Below, in pieces: positions 51,853-64,000 of a stretch of DNA of 64,000 bases; positions within the stretch are counted from its first letter, which is position 1; the number at the start of each line of letters is the position of its first letter. Location: positions 310,001 through 374,000 of the forward strand of contig NW_026781986.1 of NCBI RefSeq assembly GCF_031769215.1, in the 5' to 3' direction. The notes beneath the pieces were generated by a model, which saw only the letters and a list, made by a program, of their open reading frames with translations, had not been told where the DNA came from and made no database searches. The translations under genes were made by a program, and so were the position numbers. The DNA is from Ylistrum balloti. Its lineage: Eukaryota.

Positions 51853-54800
51853 GTCATATCGCACAAACAAATGAAACATTAGCTGTGAGATCACTATGAC
51901 GACCGTAAAACTTCACAATAAACTTCGTCAATCCTCATCTTTTGAAATCCTGTGTGATGAGTTTGTCAGTAGGATTTTAAAGGTACTATTAAAACGATGG
52001 GTTGATATTTTCCGTATTCCGCAGTGGCTACGGTACATATATGATAAGTTAACCAAGACGAATCATATATATATATTTCGTAAAATGTGTGGGTGAAGAT
52101 TTCGCATATATTTTGAACACCATTCCTTTAAAAGTTGGAATTCAGTAAATGATTTCGGATGCAAACATGTAAAACTGATATCAATTTGAGTGCAACTTTG
52201 ATACATTTTTATACTTCTATACGGCTGTTTAAGTGTGTAGATTTTAAAATCAATTTATCACAAGGCACCAGTGAAGGCGGTACTGTTTCAGATTGAGCCG
52301 TACACGGCGGAACATCCTTATTCGAACGGCGTTGGTGTTGTAAAAATAAGGATTTCAAAGATTAAAAATACGGAACGATTGGATGATCGCCAATTCGCCT
52401 TTATGAGCTACGCAAAATTTTACTGTAGCGACATCGATTGGTTTTTTTTTTCGAATATCTCCAAGTCAGACTAGTCTACACAATAAACGAGAACATCAAA
52501 CTCGTTTTAGATACGAAATGTATATTCCAGTTTAATCTTCAAAAGGGGATATTTAATTTACAATTGTAACTCTGGGCCAATCAAACAAAAGGTATCTATG
52601 TTATGGCCATACGAAATGTCATTCCGTCTTGCGTACGCATTAATATTCCGTAATAACACTCTGGGGATATACCAAAGCGGAGACGTCTCTCTGAATTCCG
52701 CGTATCAGTTTGATTACTGGTTAAATGTGTGCATGGTTACGCCTGCTTATATTGCAGATGCAACTTTAACAAAAAAAACGAAATCAATAAAGAGACCAGA
52801 AAGAAACCATATCGACAGTGCCTTATCTTAACGACTTCGAGACTGCCCCCATCATCTCGCCAAATTTCCGATAGCGTCCGTAATTGTGAGTGTATCCGCA
52901 ACCTAATGTCCGTCGAAAAGGGTTTATATAACCACGATTTATCATTTCCGAATCTCATTCACTTAAATGTTTGCCTTTTATGGGAACGTCGTGCTTTTAT
53001 GGACGAACCAATAATGGTCTCGCACCAAATGCATCCATGACAACCGAAAACATTTCATCAAGATCGCTAGCTGTTAGAATAAAGAACATTGATTATTTAG
53101 GAAAAAAACATATATCTAATTATTCATATTCGGATTTTATTGATGTCTAATCAATTTGTCACGTCTTGGTGGGTGTATATTGCAAGGAAGGAAGGAATTT
53201 ATACAGACACGGATAGACCACGTTTGCACGTACAATGGGGCGCTATAATGAAAACGCTTTTCGACATGGATATCAATCAAATTGAATTTTTATTTCTAAG
53301 AGATTCACAAATAGTTGTTGTGGAAATTCTACAATAATGTGTCAAATCTACAATATGAACATATTTGATAAACAAAATGTTTCAAAACTTTGAGTGAAAA
53401 AATCCCGGGCATTTTGGCTACTGCTGATACCGATTGCAAAACATCAATGTATATTTATCTAAATCTCTTATGTTCTCAAAACAACTAACATAATTTAGAT
53501 TAAAAAAAACAAGCGCAGAAAGAGAGACAGACGGACGGACAGACAGAACGAGATGTGATTTTTTTACTAATCAATCAGGGAAATACAATTGTATAAGAGG
53601 AGCAATTATCTTTTAAAAAACGCGTTTAAAGTGAGAGTGACAAAAATGTTAATTGAAAACATATTAAAAATTTACTTCGATATGTCTTACTGCAAGCCAG
53701 GAGAGCTGAGATATTATAGCTGAATTTATACCACGCCTCTTTCTTGTGTGCAGTTACGGTGACAAGGTCGTGAAGGCAAGGGTCATCGGTCATATACTAT
53801 CTAACGGACGCTGAGGTCGCCGTCTTCATTAAAAACAAGTGATAAATAACTCTGATTGATGAAATTACCCTAGCCTAAGTAGACACTATCAAAACGCCTC
53901 GGCAACACAGACGGGAACAATTCCAAGCTCCTCTTTAATGAAGTTATCACATGTCTGCTTAGATCAACACAACGCTTGATTTGCATGATTGTTTCGCCTC
54001 TGTGGAAACGTCGCTGAAGTGGATGTATAAACAGAGAAGAGCCACGAAACACCTCGTGAACCGTGTTACCATGGTAAACAACAACTTTATCATGACAACA
54101 ATAATCCCAGGTTTTATTTAGTATCTGATTGGTACATGTAATTTAATCTATAGGCATATTTCTTGATTAGAACTCGTTTTATTTTTAGCTAGTACAATAC
54201 GTCATCAATGCTCAGATACAAAGGAAAATGTGTTGCACATATATTGGTATTTGATTACAAAAATTAGAACTGATAGACAGGGAAAGACGATCAATGTTTT
54301 ATATGGAGAACCAGTTATATAAACCTCGAACCTGATAGTGATAATAGCAATAAAGATTGATGAAAGTACCCAATAAATCACGTGTTCTCATATGCCGAGA
54401 CATTTGCATGTTAATAGGGAGAATTGCGTCGGTTCATACAACGAACGAACAAGAGCGAAAACACTGCCAAGAGGTCCCCTATGACAAGAGGAAGATATGA
54501 CGAACGTATTTGCCTACCGAGAGAAGCCCTCTTAACAGTAGATACTTCATTTAACATATGGGGCAATTGTCAGAATCGTGAAGTTCCAGTGACAGATAGA
54601 GGATCTGCCAAACTTTTCCTCTCGAAACATCCCCATGTAAACAGTAAGTGATCGAACCCATTGGATACTCCACACAAAGTATATGGACAGGAGTGATTGC
54701 GAGCGACAGGGAAAAGACCGCGTGGTTATAGATAGGAAACATTCGGAAATCCTCAAATGTGTTTTACCTGAAGTTTTCCGAATAAACAGCAGGATCTTTT

Positions 54801-56725
54801 AACTAATGTTTACCGGAACGAGAAATACAACGTCATCAGACAAATATTATTGTAGATATTCGAATGTTTACGAACAACCGTCAGAAGCATTTTCTGCAAA
54901 GATATCCCTTATAGATAGGAGTATTCACCAGACGTATTAACTGCCGAAACATTACCCAATAAAAAGAGGTATAGCGATTAGACCTATTTGACTGCCGAGA
55001 CATCCCTTGTAATAACGATTTACTTTCGAGATATCCATTTTGATTGAAGAAGGAGATTGTCAGCGGAGAAAATCGTCCAATACTACGATTTGTTGTTTTC
55101 GTATTTTCTGTCTGTATTTCTTCAACTAATACCAGGTCTCTTAACATCGTAGATGTTTATGTCAGACGCAAAGTTTTGCTCAAACATCCATTTGTTGAAA
55201 AAAGAACACATCATTTGTAAGTTTTAGTACCCAAACACTCCCTTATGTACAGGAAAAAACACAGTCTGTCTGTTTAATGTTTATGCGTGTATGTGCTTAC
55301 TGTGTACAAGAACGAGTCCGTTAGACATTCTCATTGCAGAGTATTTCTATGAAAATAGTTATTCATATAGATTGAAAGGCATTTTTCTTCATAATGATAT
55401 CATTCAAAATTACTTATGAATCTAAAAGGATATTATAGCTACCGAGACTTTCCCTAAGAGATTAATTCAGATATATGTTCTTATAAAACATTTGCCTGAA
55501 AACACAAGATAAACTGATGGTGACACTCTTTTTTTTAACATAAATTAGATTACCGAGATGCCCCCTGATTGAACAGGAAGTTGTTATCGTTACTCCCGCT
55601 AAGTACAACAGGAAGTAGCTTGCCTGCTTTAATAAAAAGTCAATATATAGCGACTCTCCTGTAGAAACCGGACAATAACGTCCTCATTTTAAAAACATGA
55701 ACTTCTCTTCTCCTTTCAAAATACACCGCATGTGCAAAATGTGACAACTTGAATTTCTTTAACCGGATGCAATCTAGCCAACATGGAACAGAGTTACGAC
55801 ATACACCGGATATAATTTTATTTTCGATTTTTTTCTCTCGATTACTACCGATATGTCTCTGCAGAATTACAAGCATATTTTGTGTTGACATTCCGTCATG
55901 CATATTTAAGCTGTTAGCATTTGCCCTTTGGTATTTGCTGAAAAGCCAAACCCATCAGACAATTTCCCTCATCCATAAGATAGATACACTATATGGAGTT
56001 AAATATTCACCACAGCGGAAATCATACCCGTTTTGAAAATCGTTTGCCACCATGTTCAAATATCACAATAGGCCTAAAAGCCTTAACAGTCACCTGAATT
56101 ACAACGATGTTGTCACAGAGATTATCTTGTTAAAAAGCATGATAACTTGAACTTCATTATATAAAAATGGAAATGTCAAGTTTGTCCCTATTGCAAAGGA
56201 TTCAAACCAGAGAGAGGGGGGAGAGGGGAAGTGGTGGGGGAGAGACAGACCGACAGACAGACAGAGGATGAACGCGGTTCGCGCTGATATGGTTGTAAAA
56301 TCTTGCATTATTCAAATGGACTTGGCATGATTCTCAAACCCGACTATTTGTATCCATAACATAAGTAGAGGGAGATGATATGGATCTTTGCCAAATCCCT
56401 GAGGTATCATTGTAACAAAATTTCATCAATGACAATATAGCGTGACTCAAAAGAATCGAGGTCGTTTACACTACTGTACTTATCTAAAGGTAACGCAAGT
56501 GCAATGTACAAGTAACTTGACAGGTGTCATCCAACCCTGGCTGTCACGCGAAGTCCGCTCTCTTGAAATTGTCCGAACTACAAATTTAATTGTTTCATTT
56601 AACACCAAATGAAAAAGTAAAGAAGTTAATTGTCATGCTGTATTTCCACACCGGAACCACGAATTTGTGCTCCAGTGTCGTTTTTTTATTCCGAGCGGAG
56701 GGTTTCGATTCTGCTATGGTCGTTC

Positions 56726-56798
56726 ATGTCACGTGACATATATGCCATTGTGGCCACGCCCGTCTGGCTCTGATGAAATGTTCGCTACGTCACTTCCG
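56726..56798. promoter_or_regulatory. Promoter-like motif cluster
   Basis: 14-bp palindrome ATGTCACGTGACAT (E-box/CLEAR type), GGCCACGCCC (KLF/SP type) and ACGTCACTTCCG (CRE half-site plus ETS) within 73 bp. Confidence 0.4.
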
Positions 56799-57879
56799 AG
56801 CTTTCCCGAACCTTTCTTGAATCGAATTTGAACGATTTTCAATCAACTGAAAGATATAAACCAGAAATGTGGGTTGTTTTGGCCGAACAAAGAATAACAA
56901 CAAACAACAGAATAAGATATGCTAAATATTAAGACCAACTTTCAATGAGTTCGAGATACACGGAGAAGTATTCCATGAAGAAGCATTCCAGTAATCCGAA
57001 CAAAGAATACGATTTGAAAAAAGACACGGTTCGAAATATGAGAAGTGTTCGAATAAAACGAGTTCTGGGATATGATGTCCCACTGCAATAAGCTGCCTAG
57101 TCTACTGCCTTACATAGGATCGATCCTTCATTATACCAGAAAGCCGATGTTGAGAGACAGAAAACAAGACATTCCCAGACGATCGAGGAAGCTAAATTGG
57201 ATGGATTTCATCAAGTCATGTTAAATTTCCATCGGGATCTTCCAGGACTTGAAATGATTTCCGATTATGCAATGCCCCTTCACTACAACAATCGAATTAT
57301 GTGTCCTTCTCTCGAAACGATCGTCAGAAACTAAATAGACCCCCTGTGGATCCTCACAAGATCCAGAAAAATCCCCGGCCGTGGGAAAAATCACAAATTT
57401 CAAAACTTAAAATACATGGATATGTTTATATGTGTTTTTGAGAATGAAAATTAAAATGACATCAAAACAATTATTTATATTTAAAACTTTAAAACAAAAA
57501 GAAGTAAAAGTGGAAAGAAAATTAATTCAAATGTGTTTCAAAAAGTTGTGTATCGCTATCGAACCTGTCTGTTTTCCGGGTTATCGAAATTAAAGTTTTG
57601 AATGTCACTACATATTCAATATATCTTATTTTATCCTTTTTTCGAAATGATCTTTTTCTCAGTTTAAATACATTTGAATATATTTCAAAAACATCGCAGT
57701 TCACGCTATATAATACAGAAGATCAATTATCTGCCGTCCCCCAAACACGAACTATAATTCCTCATTCCGAATATATATCATGTCATATAAAAACTTATTC
57801 TCAAGTCCATCTTCCCCAGATGACAAGAGGTAGACACAAAAAATTTCCCATTCTCATCACTCCCTCTATCCACCTGTCC

Positions 57880-59330
57880 TCCTAAACAACTCTTTCCTCC
57901 ATACTCCCTCTTTCTGTCCTTCTCGGTCAACTCCTCCCAAGACCCCTTCTCTCTGTCCACATCAGTCAATCCCTCCCAGGACCCCCTCTCTCTGTCTTTC
58001 TCAGTCAACTCCTCCCATGACCCCCTCTCTCTGTCCTTCTCAGTCAACCTCTCGCAGGACCCCCTCTTTCTGTCCTCCTCCGTCAACCCCTCCCAGGACC
58101 CCTCTCTCTGTCCTTCTCAGTCAACCCCTCCCAGGACCCCCTCTCTCTGTCCTCATCAGTCAACCCCTCCCAGGACTCCCTCTCTCTGTCCTCATCAGTC
58201 AACCCCTCCCAGGACCCCTCTCTCTGTCCTTCTCAGTCAACCCCTCCCAGGACCACCTCTTTCTGTCCACGTCAGTCAACCTCTCCCAGGACCCATCTTT
58301 CTATCCTTCTTAATCAACCCCTCCCACGACCCCCTCTCTCTGTCCTTCTTAGTCAACCCCTCCCACGACCCCCTCTCTCTGTCCTTCTCAGTCCACCCCT
58401 CCCAGGACCCCCTATGTCTGTCCTTCTCAGTCAACCCCTCCCACGACCCCCTCTCTCTGTACTTCTCAGTCCACCCCTCCCAGGACCCCCTCTTTCTGTC
58501 CTCATCAGTCAACCCCTCGCAGGACCCCCTCTCTCTGTCTTTCTCAGTCAACTCCTCCCGGGACCCCCTCTCTCTGTCCTTCTCAGTCAACTCCTCCCAA
58601 GACCCCCTCTCTCTGTCCTTCTCTATCAACCCCTCCCAGGACCCCCTCTCTCTGTCCTCATCAGTCAAATCCTCGCAGGACCCCCTCTCTCTGTCTTTCT
58701 CAGTCAACTCCTCCCAGGACCCCCTCTCTCTGTCCTCATCAGTCAAATCCTCGCAGGACCCCCTCTCTCTGTCTTTCTCAGTCAACTCCTCCCAGGACCC
58801 TCTCTCTGTCCTTCTTAGTCAACCCCTCCCACGACCCCCTCTCTCTGTCCTGCTCAGTCCACCCCTCCCAGGACCCCCTACTTCTGTCCTTCTCAGTCAA
58901 CCCCTCCCACGATCCCCTTCTCTCTGTCCTTCTCAGTTAACCCCTCGCAGGACTCCCTATTTCTGTCCTCATCAGTCAACCCCTCGCAGGACCCCCTCTC
59001 TCTGTCCTTCTCAGTCAACTCCTCCCAGGACCCTCTCTCTGTCCTTCTCAGTCAACTCCTCCCAGGACCCTCTCTCTGTCCTTCTCAGTCAACCCCTCCC
59101 AGGACCCCTCGCTCTGTCCTCATCAGTCAACCCCTCCCAGGACCCCCTCTCTCTGTCCTTCTCAGTCAAACCCTCCCAGGACCCCCTCTCTCTGTCCTCA
59201 TCAGTCAACCCCTCCCAGGACCCCCTCTCTCTGTCCTTCTCAGTCAAACCCTCCCAGGACCCCCTCTCTCTGTCCTCATCAGTCAACCCCTCCCATGACC
59301 CCCTCTCCCTGCCCTCTCCAATCTCCCCCC
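57880..59330. repeat. 39-bp C/T-rich minisatellite (about 37 copies)
   Basis: Unit cagtcaacccctcccaggaccccctctctctgtccttct; strongly strand-asymmetric. Confidence 0.97.
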
Positions 59331-60574
59331 CCTCTCTCTCTCTCTCTGTCCCCCTCTATCCCCACTCCTCATTCTAACCTCCTTTCCGATATCCCTGCTC
59401 TCTCTTCTCTTTCAACAGACTGACCTCATATTTGCTATAAATTCCCAACCCCACCCCTCCTCCCCTCTCTCTCCCTCTATCCTCGTAAATGTTGCACGGT
59501 CATTAAGCCTTTGTCAATCAATAACTTCTCCCTGTTTATTAGCGTGTAATGGACATGCAAACAGTATAATTTTATATCCCTAATAGACGAATTATATCAT
59601 GAATTAATATGGCCACGTGTGTTTCCCTAGATGGTCGATTGCGTGACACAGAGGATTATAGTTACCAGGACCGCCATTGTACAGTCCTGGCCCAGAATCG
59701 CCAACCATGGACGCCTCATAACAACACCACATAAAGATGAACGTTATCGTGAACAACTGTGTAACCATCCGAAAACATTTATCAATTACATGCAATATTA
59801 GCGCTGTTGTATTACTAACAGTGCTAAAAATATAATTATGTTTCAAAGTAAATATCATATATGCGATGTCGTCAGGTTACCAAAAACCTTTCGAGTAATT
59901 CAGTCGAGAACGTCTTATTGAAACATAACACAAGCAGCTATTGTTTACAATACAATAATTTTCGATTATATTTAAATTTATTATTCGTGTATAAACGTTA
60001 CTGAAGAGTTAATCAACCTTGCACACCTTATCGAAGCACTTTACAGTTGACAGTCGTCTAATGCTGGTATCATGTTCAACGACATAGTCGTCGCTTTTAT
60101 CCGATCAAGTACACCTTTCGTCCATACAACGGATCCTGTGCAGGGTCTGGTGGGAATCGGACATGTCGGTTTGTCTGTGGAGGGATAGTTTGTCTGAATC
60201 AAACGCATGGACAATTATAATGAAACTTTAACGCTATTCAAACATCAATGCACAATTAAAGAGAGTTATGGCCCTTGGTTAACATTACCCCATACAAAAC
60301 GTATCCTTAAAGCATTAAATAGACTGCAACCTTTTTAAAATATCTTACACTTTGTTCAAAAATTCGATATTTGTGATCTAACGTCAACGGCGTATTTAAT
60401 TTATTAAAAATGTATCTCCTTTGATTTGACACTCCTGCAAATAAACGAGATTCACAAGTTGCATAAATTCCCGATACATACACCCATAATACGGCATTTA
60501 ACAAAACCTCAAGACCATATATATTAAAAAAAATTGACGATTCCATATATGACACATATTAATGGTGTTCTGAA

Positions 60575-60860
60575 GTCGGACATGCTTGATGCTCGTCAGT
60601 ATGTCTGATGTTGCCATTGCTGTTTAGATTGCTCTCGTTTAAGAACTTGACTTTGTATACCTGAATAAGATTTGCATGACGGGAGTCGTCGATGAAGCAG
60701 AAGACGTTTACTATTCCGGAACACCTGGTCTTATTTTACTTGAATTTGTTTTCAATAGTCTCCGTGTAAATCTTTCTTTTGTTAATATTTTGTCCTGGTT
60801 TCATCGAATTTGTTTTCGAATGCAGATTCTGGTGACATGTTGCTATTTGCTTTGTTGTTG
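60575..60860 (+). mobile_element. Dispersed repeat family X copy
   Basis: gcatgacgggagtcgtcgatgaagcagaagacgtttactattccggaacacctggtcttatt. Confidence 0.75.
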
Positions 60861-62479
60861 TTGATAATTAAACCAGTGGAATTCATCTTTACGACTCCGA
60901 TGAATGACAACACAAGTAAAACAATTCTGACGTCAATATCACTTCCATTTTCATTATTGGTCCAGAAAGATACAGTATGGTTTTTAGATGTTTTGTGTAA
61001 CAAATAACCTTTCTGTATTTCAGCACTCTCTGGTCTACAACTAGCTAAAAGACAATCAAAGTGTCTGACTAAGACATTAGGTTGTAATAGTTAGTTGTGT
61101 AAGGTTTCGTCAAATTTCTTTAACTGAGTGAAGTTACCTAGAAGCCGTTAAAAGTTTTTATAGACGTTTGGTCTCATGATAAATGCCTTTTGGTTCTATA
61201 AAACCAAAAACAGACTCTGTGCAATGATTCACGTTTTGGTATTGTTCTGCTAAATGTTACATATTATTTGATGCTTGCCTGTACTTTATGTTTTTATCAT
61301 AGAGGATTATTGCTATAGACGTAATATGATGTAGCCCCGACTTCCTGGAAATTACGTGGTTGTTTGTTTGTTTGTTTGTACGTTTGATTTTTTTTCTCTT
61401 GGAACAGAAGTAAGCCTGTGGTTTGGATAGAATATCTATCATAAATTGTATCTTATTTGGAAATGCCTTGAAGAATTTTGCATACTTTCATATCTATCCG
61501 TTTTCAAATCCTTTTTATCGACTTGTTTGATTGTTTAATTATCAATTTTTTTATTTGTTGGGTTTTACTGGCAGAGTTTGTATATCGGAAACAATAACTA
61601 AACCATGGAGATCTGTTGGTCCTGAATTTAGCAGACCTTTACAGAAATAAGCAAGCTGCTTATCAAAGAGCCACTGGAGCACACAGGTGCAACAATCGAT
61701 TCGATCATCCCCACTAGTAGTGAACTAATTACACATTATTTACAGTAAGCCAGACCAATGTCTGGGTTCTTGTTTAAAGTTTTATCTTGGTTTGGTTCTA
61801 ACACCTGTGCCCGAGTGGAGGAAGGTAACTTCCTGACAACACATTGTATATTTTAGTTTTTTAAAAAAAACAGCCAAAACGATACATCTAAATGAAAAAT
61901 TAATCTTCATATATTAATTTTGTTTCTTTTCTCCATTTTCGTAGCGTTTTTTTTAACTAGTTATGTTTTACGTGCGACCGTGCCCACATTGACACAACGT
62001 AAAGCTTCTAAGACTTTATCTCTCATATGACCGTGGTTGTTGCATGGACGCGAAAACAATCCGTTCAAGCCAAGGTTAAGGTTTTGATCAGCACTGTATT
62101 ATTTTCAACATGGTCTCCTTCCTGCTCCACACGCATGTTCTATATAGTTTAAAAGTTAGTGATACCCGATCGGTAGATCGTGGGATTAGATCGAGGGGAG
62201 GGGGTTGATTTTCTGATATCCCCTCGAAGCTCATGTTCCGTACGACTGAATCTAAAGTCAGAATAAAATTTGAAAACCAAGTACCACGATGACATATGTT
62301 AATTTAATACATGCTCGAAATCTCATTGCAAGCATGCATGCACAGAAAAATGACCATCGCCAAAACTCGTTCAAATTAATTGTTGACGTAAGTAAATTTT
62401 ACGTTGTCAATTTTATCGTAAACTCAAAAAATTCCTTTATCTTCGTAACATGTACGGTGATTTGACATCAATGTCCACG

Positions 62480-62960
62480 GATGATGGCGCCACTTACGGT
62501 CGCTTTTACAGCGTTATCACACTGAAATGTCTCTACCTGGACACTGTAGCACAACATGCCACCCTATCACATAATACTGACTACATGGACACATCTGAAG
62601 TGCAAGGCAACGCCCTCCAACTCTGTAGTGACTACAGGGACACTTTTATAGCTTCAGTCTACTGAAATGTCATCACCTAGACATTGTAGCACAACACCAT
62701 GCAATACTACAGTGACTACAAGGACATTTTTATAGTGTCATCCCTCTGAAATGTCAAAACATGGATACTGTCACACATCACAACACCCCGCAACACCAAA
62801 GTCACTTCAGGGACACTTTTATATAGCCAACACACTAAAATGTTAGAATCTTGATACTGTTCTACAACATCCCACTTTGTCACATTGTACTGACTACATG
62901 GAAACATCTTTAGTGTTGTCACACTGAAATGCCATAACCTAGACACGATCTTACCAGTGT
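62480..62960. repeat. Degenerate ~85-bp tandem repeat
   Basis: ct(g/a)aaatg(t/c) anchors at about 62522, 62663, 62746, 62835 and 62924, with shared gacactgt/gactaca motifs. Confidence 0.7.
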
Positions 62961-64000
62961 TTACTGTTATCGACATTGTCAGTCAGCCTGAAGTTTAATC
63001 GAGAACTTTCAGTCTCCTTCGCTTGAGCAGACATTTAACACTACAGATAAAAGTGAGGTACTGTTATTTGAAGGATTAGGACAATAAAAGATAAAAAGCA
63101 GATATGATCTGAAATTCAGTTACAAATCAATGTGATTATGATAAATATTAGTATATAATATACAAGGGTTATGGGCTATGACGTCATTACGCAACTTCAC
63201 ACTGCAGGAGTCAACTTTCCGATATTTAACGACTGTCAGGCACTATAAATCTCAAAGCCAACTATGCCTGTTAAGTCACACTTAATCAAAATGGTCGAAT
63301 AAAATACGTATTATTCCTTATTAAAGACATGTAAAACTTTTGTGTCCGGACATCGGACCGTACAACTCACGGATCAGAAACTTGAATCTTGGTCGGATGT
63401 TGACCGCGCGCCAATTATCGCTGACTGGTTCCTGTTGGACGAGAGAGATCCTGTGTTATTTGCCCTGGATCAATACCCTCTATAACAAGGCGGTAGACAT
63501 GCTTTGCCGCTAAACTACTTGTTGGCGCTACGTATGGGCTTCCCCAGCGCGCGGCTCTCTGGAATGGTACCGATCATTTTTGTATGGGCAAACTTTTACA
63601 AAACTTGGTAGAGATGTCCGCATGATAAAAGTCGACATTTTACACAGTGTCTATTCGTTTTAAAAACTGTCTAACTCTATGTAACTGAGTGGTGAATAAC
63701 GATTTTCCCGTGACGTGTTTCTAACAGGATAAGTAAATATTTTTGGTGCCAGATTTGAAATAAATTAAGACAAACGTATTCTAAAGTGCTGTCAGAAAAA
63801 CGTTAAAAGAATCGTTGTTTGGAAACAATCAGTTTATGTCTATCGAGAATTTTGATTAATTGCCTATGTAATCAATAGTACCTGTTTACCTGAACAGGTG
63901 AGAAAGTGGTTTAATAAAAATTGTATTGATCACAAGAGATCTACATGGACGTATATTGTTGTTGTAACATTCAGAAATGTGTGCTTTATATACCAAATGT

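Noticed and set aside
52270-55150. Several 60-100-aa ORFs in GC-richer patches
   Set aside because: No consistent strand, splice chain or domain motif; lengths are within chance expectation.
57778-59286. Pro-rich and Arg/Glu-rich ORFs
   Set aside because: By-products of the 39-bp minisatellite.

Overview
AT-rich eukaryotic (animal) DNA. The repeat content (V-domain SINEs, CR1-type LINE tail, Helentron-associated satellite-like repeats) suggests a bivalve mollusc, but this is inference only. Bases ~400-25,040 hold the 3' part of a + strand, intron-rich, lactase-phlorizin-hydrolase-like gene made of tandem glycoside hydrolase family 1 (GH1) domains. I traced 24 GT-AG exons that splice into one uninterrupted frame (5048 nt in the window, about 1680 aa): the end of domain A plus complete domains B, C and D, each encoded by the same 7-exon module, ending in a GPI-signal-like tail. 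A 25th exon (1509-1861) is a competing terminal exon with its own homologous tail, stop and AATAAA, which implies a short anchored isoform. Domain D has lost the canonical acid/base glutamate (NEP->SDP). The rest of the window (25-64 kb) contains no protein gene I can support; it is repeats, TE relics and promoter-like motif clusters. The most unusual structure is a 1.15-kb foldback at 30,287-31,442 whose arms are tandem expansions (63 bp and 33 bp) of a Penelope-type minimal hammerhead ribozyme motif. Two more hammerhead-like cores lie in introns of the GH1 gene.
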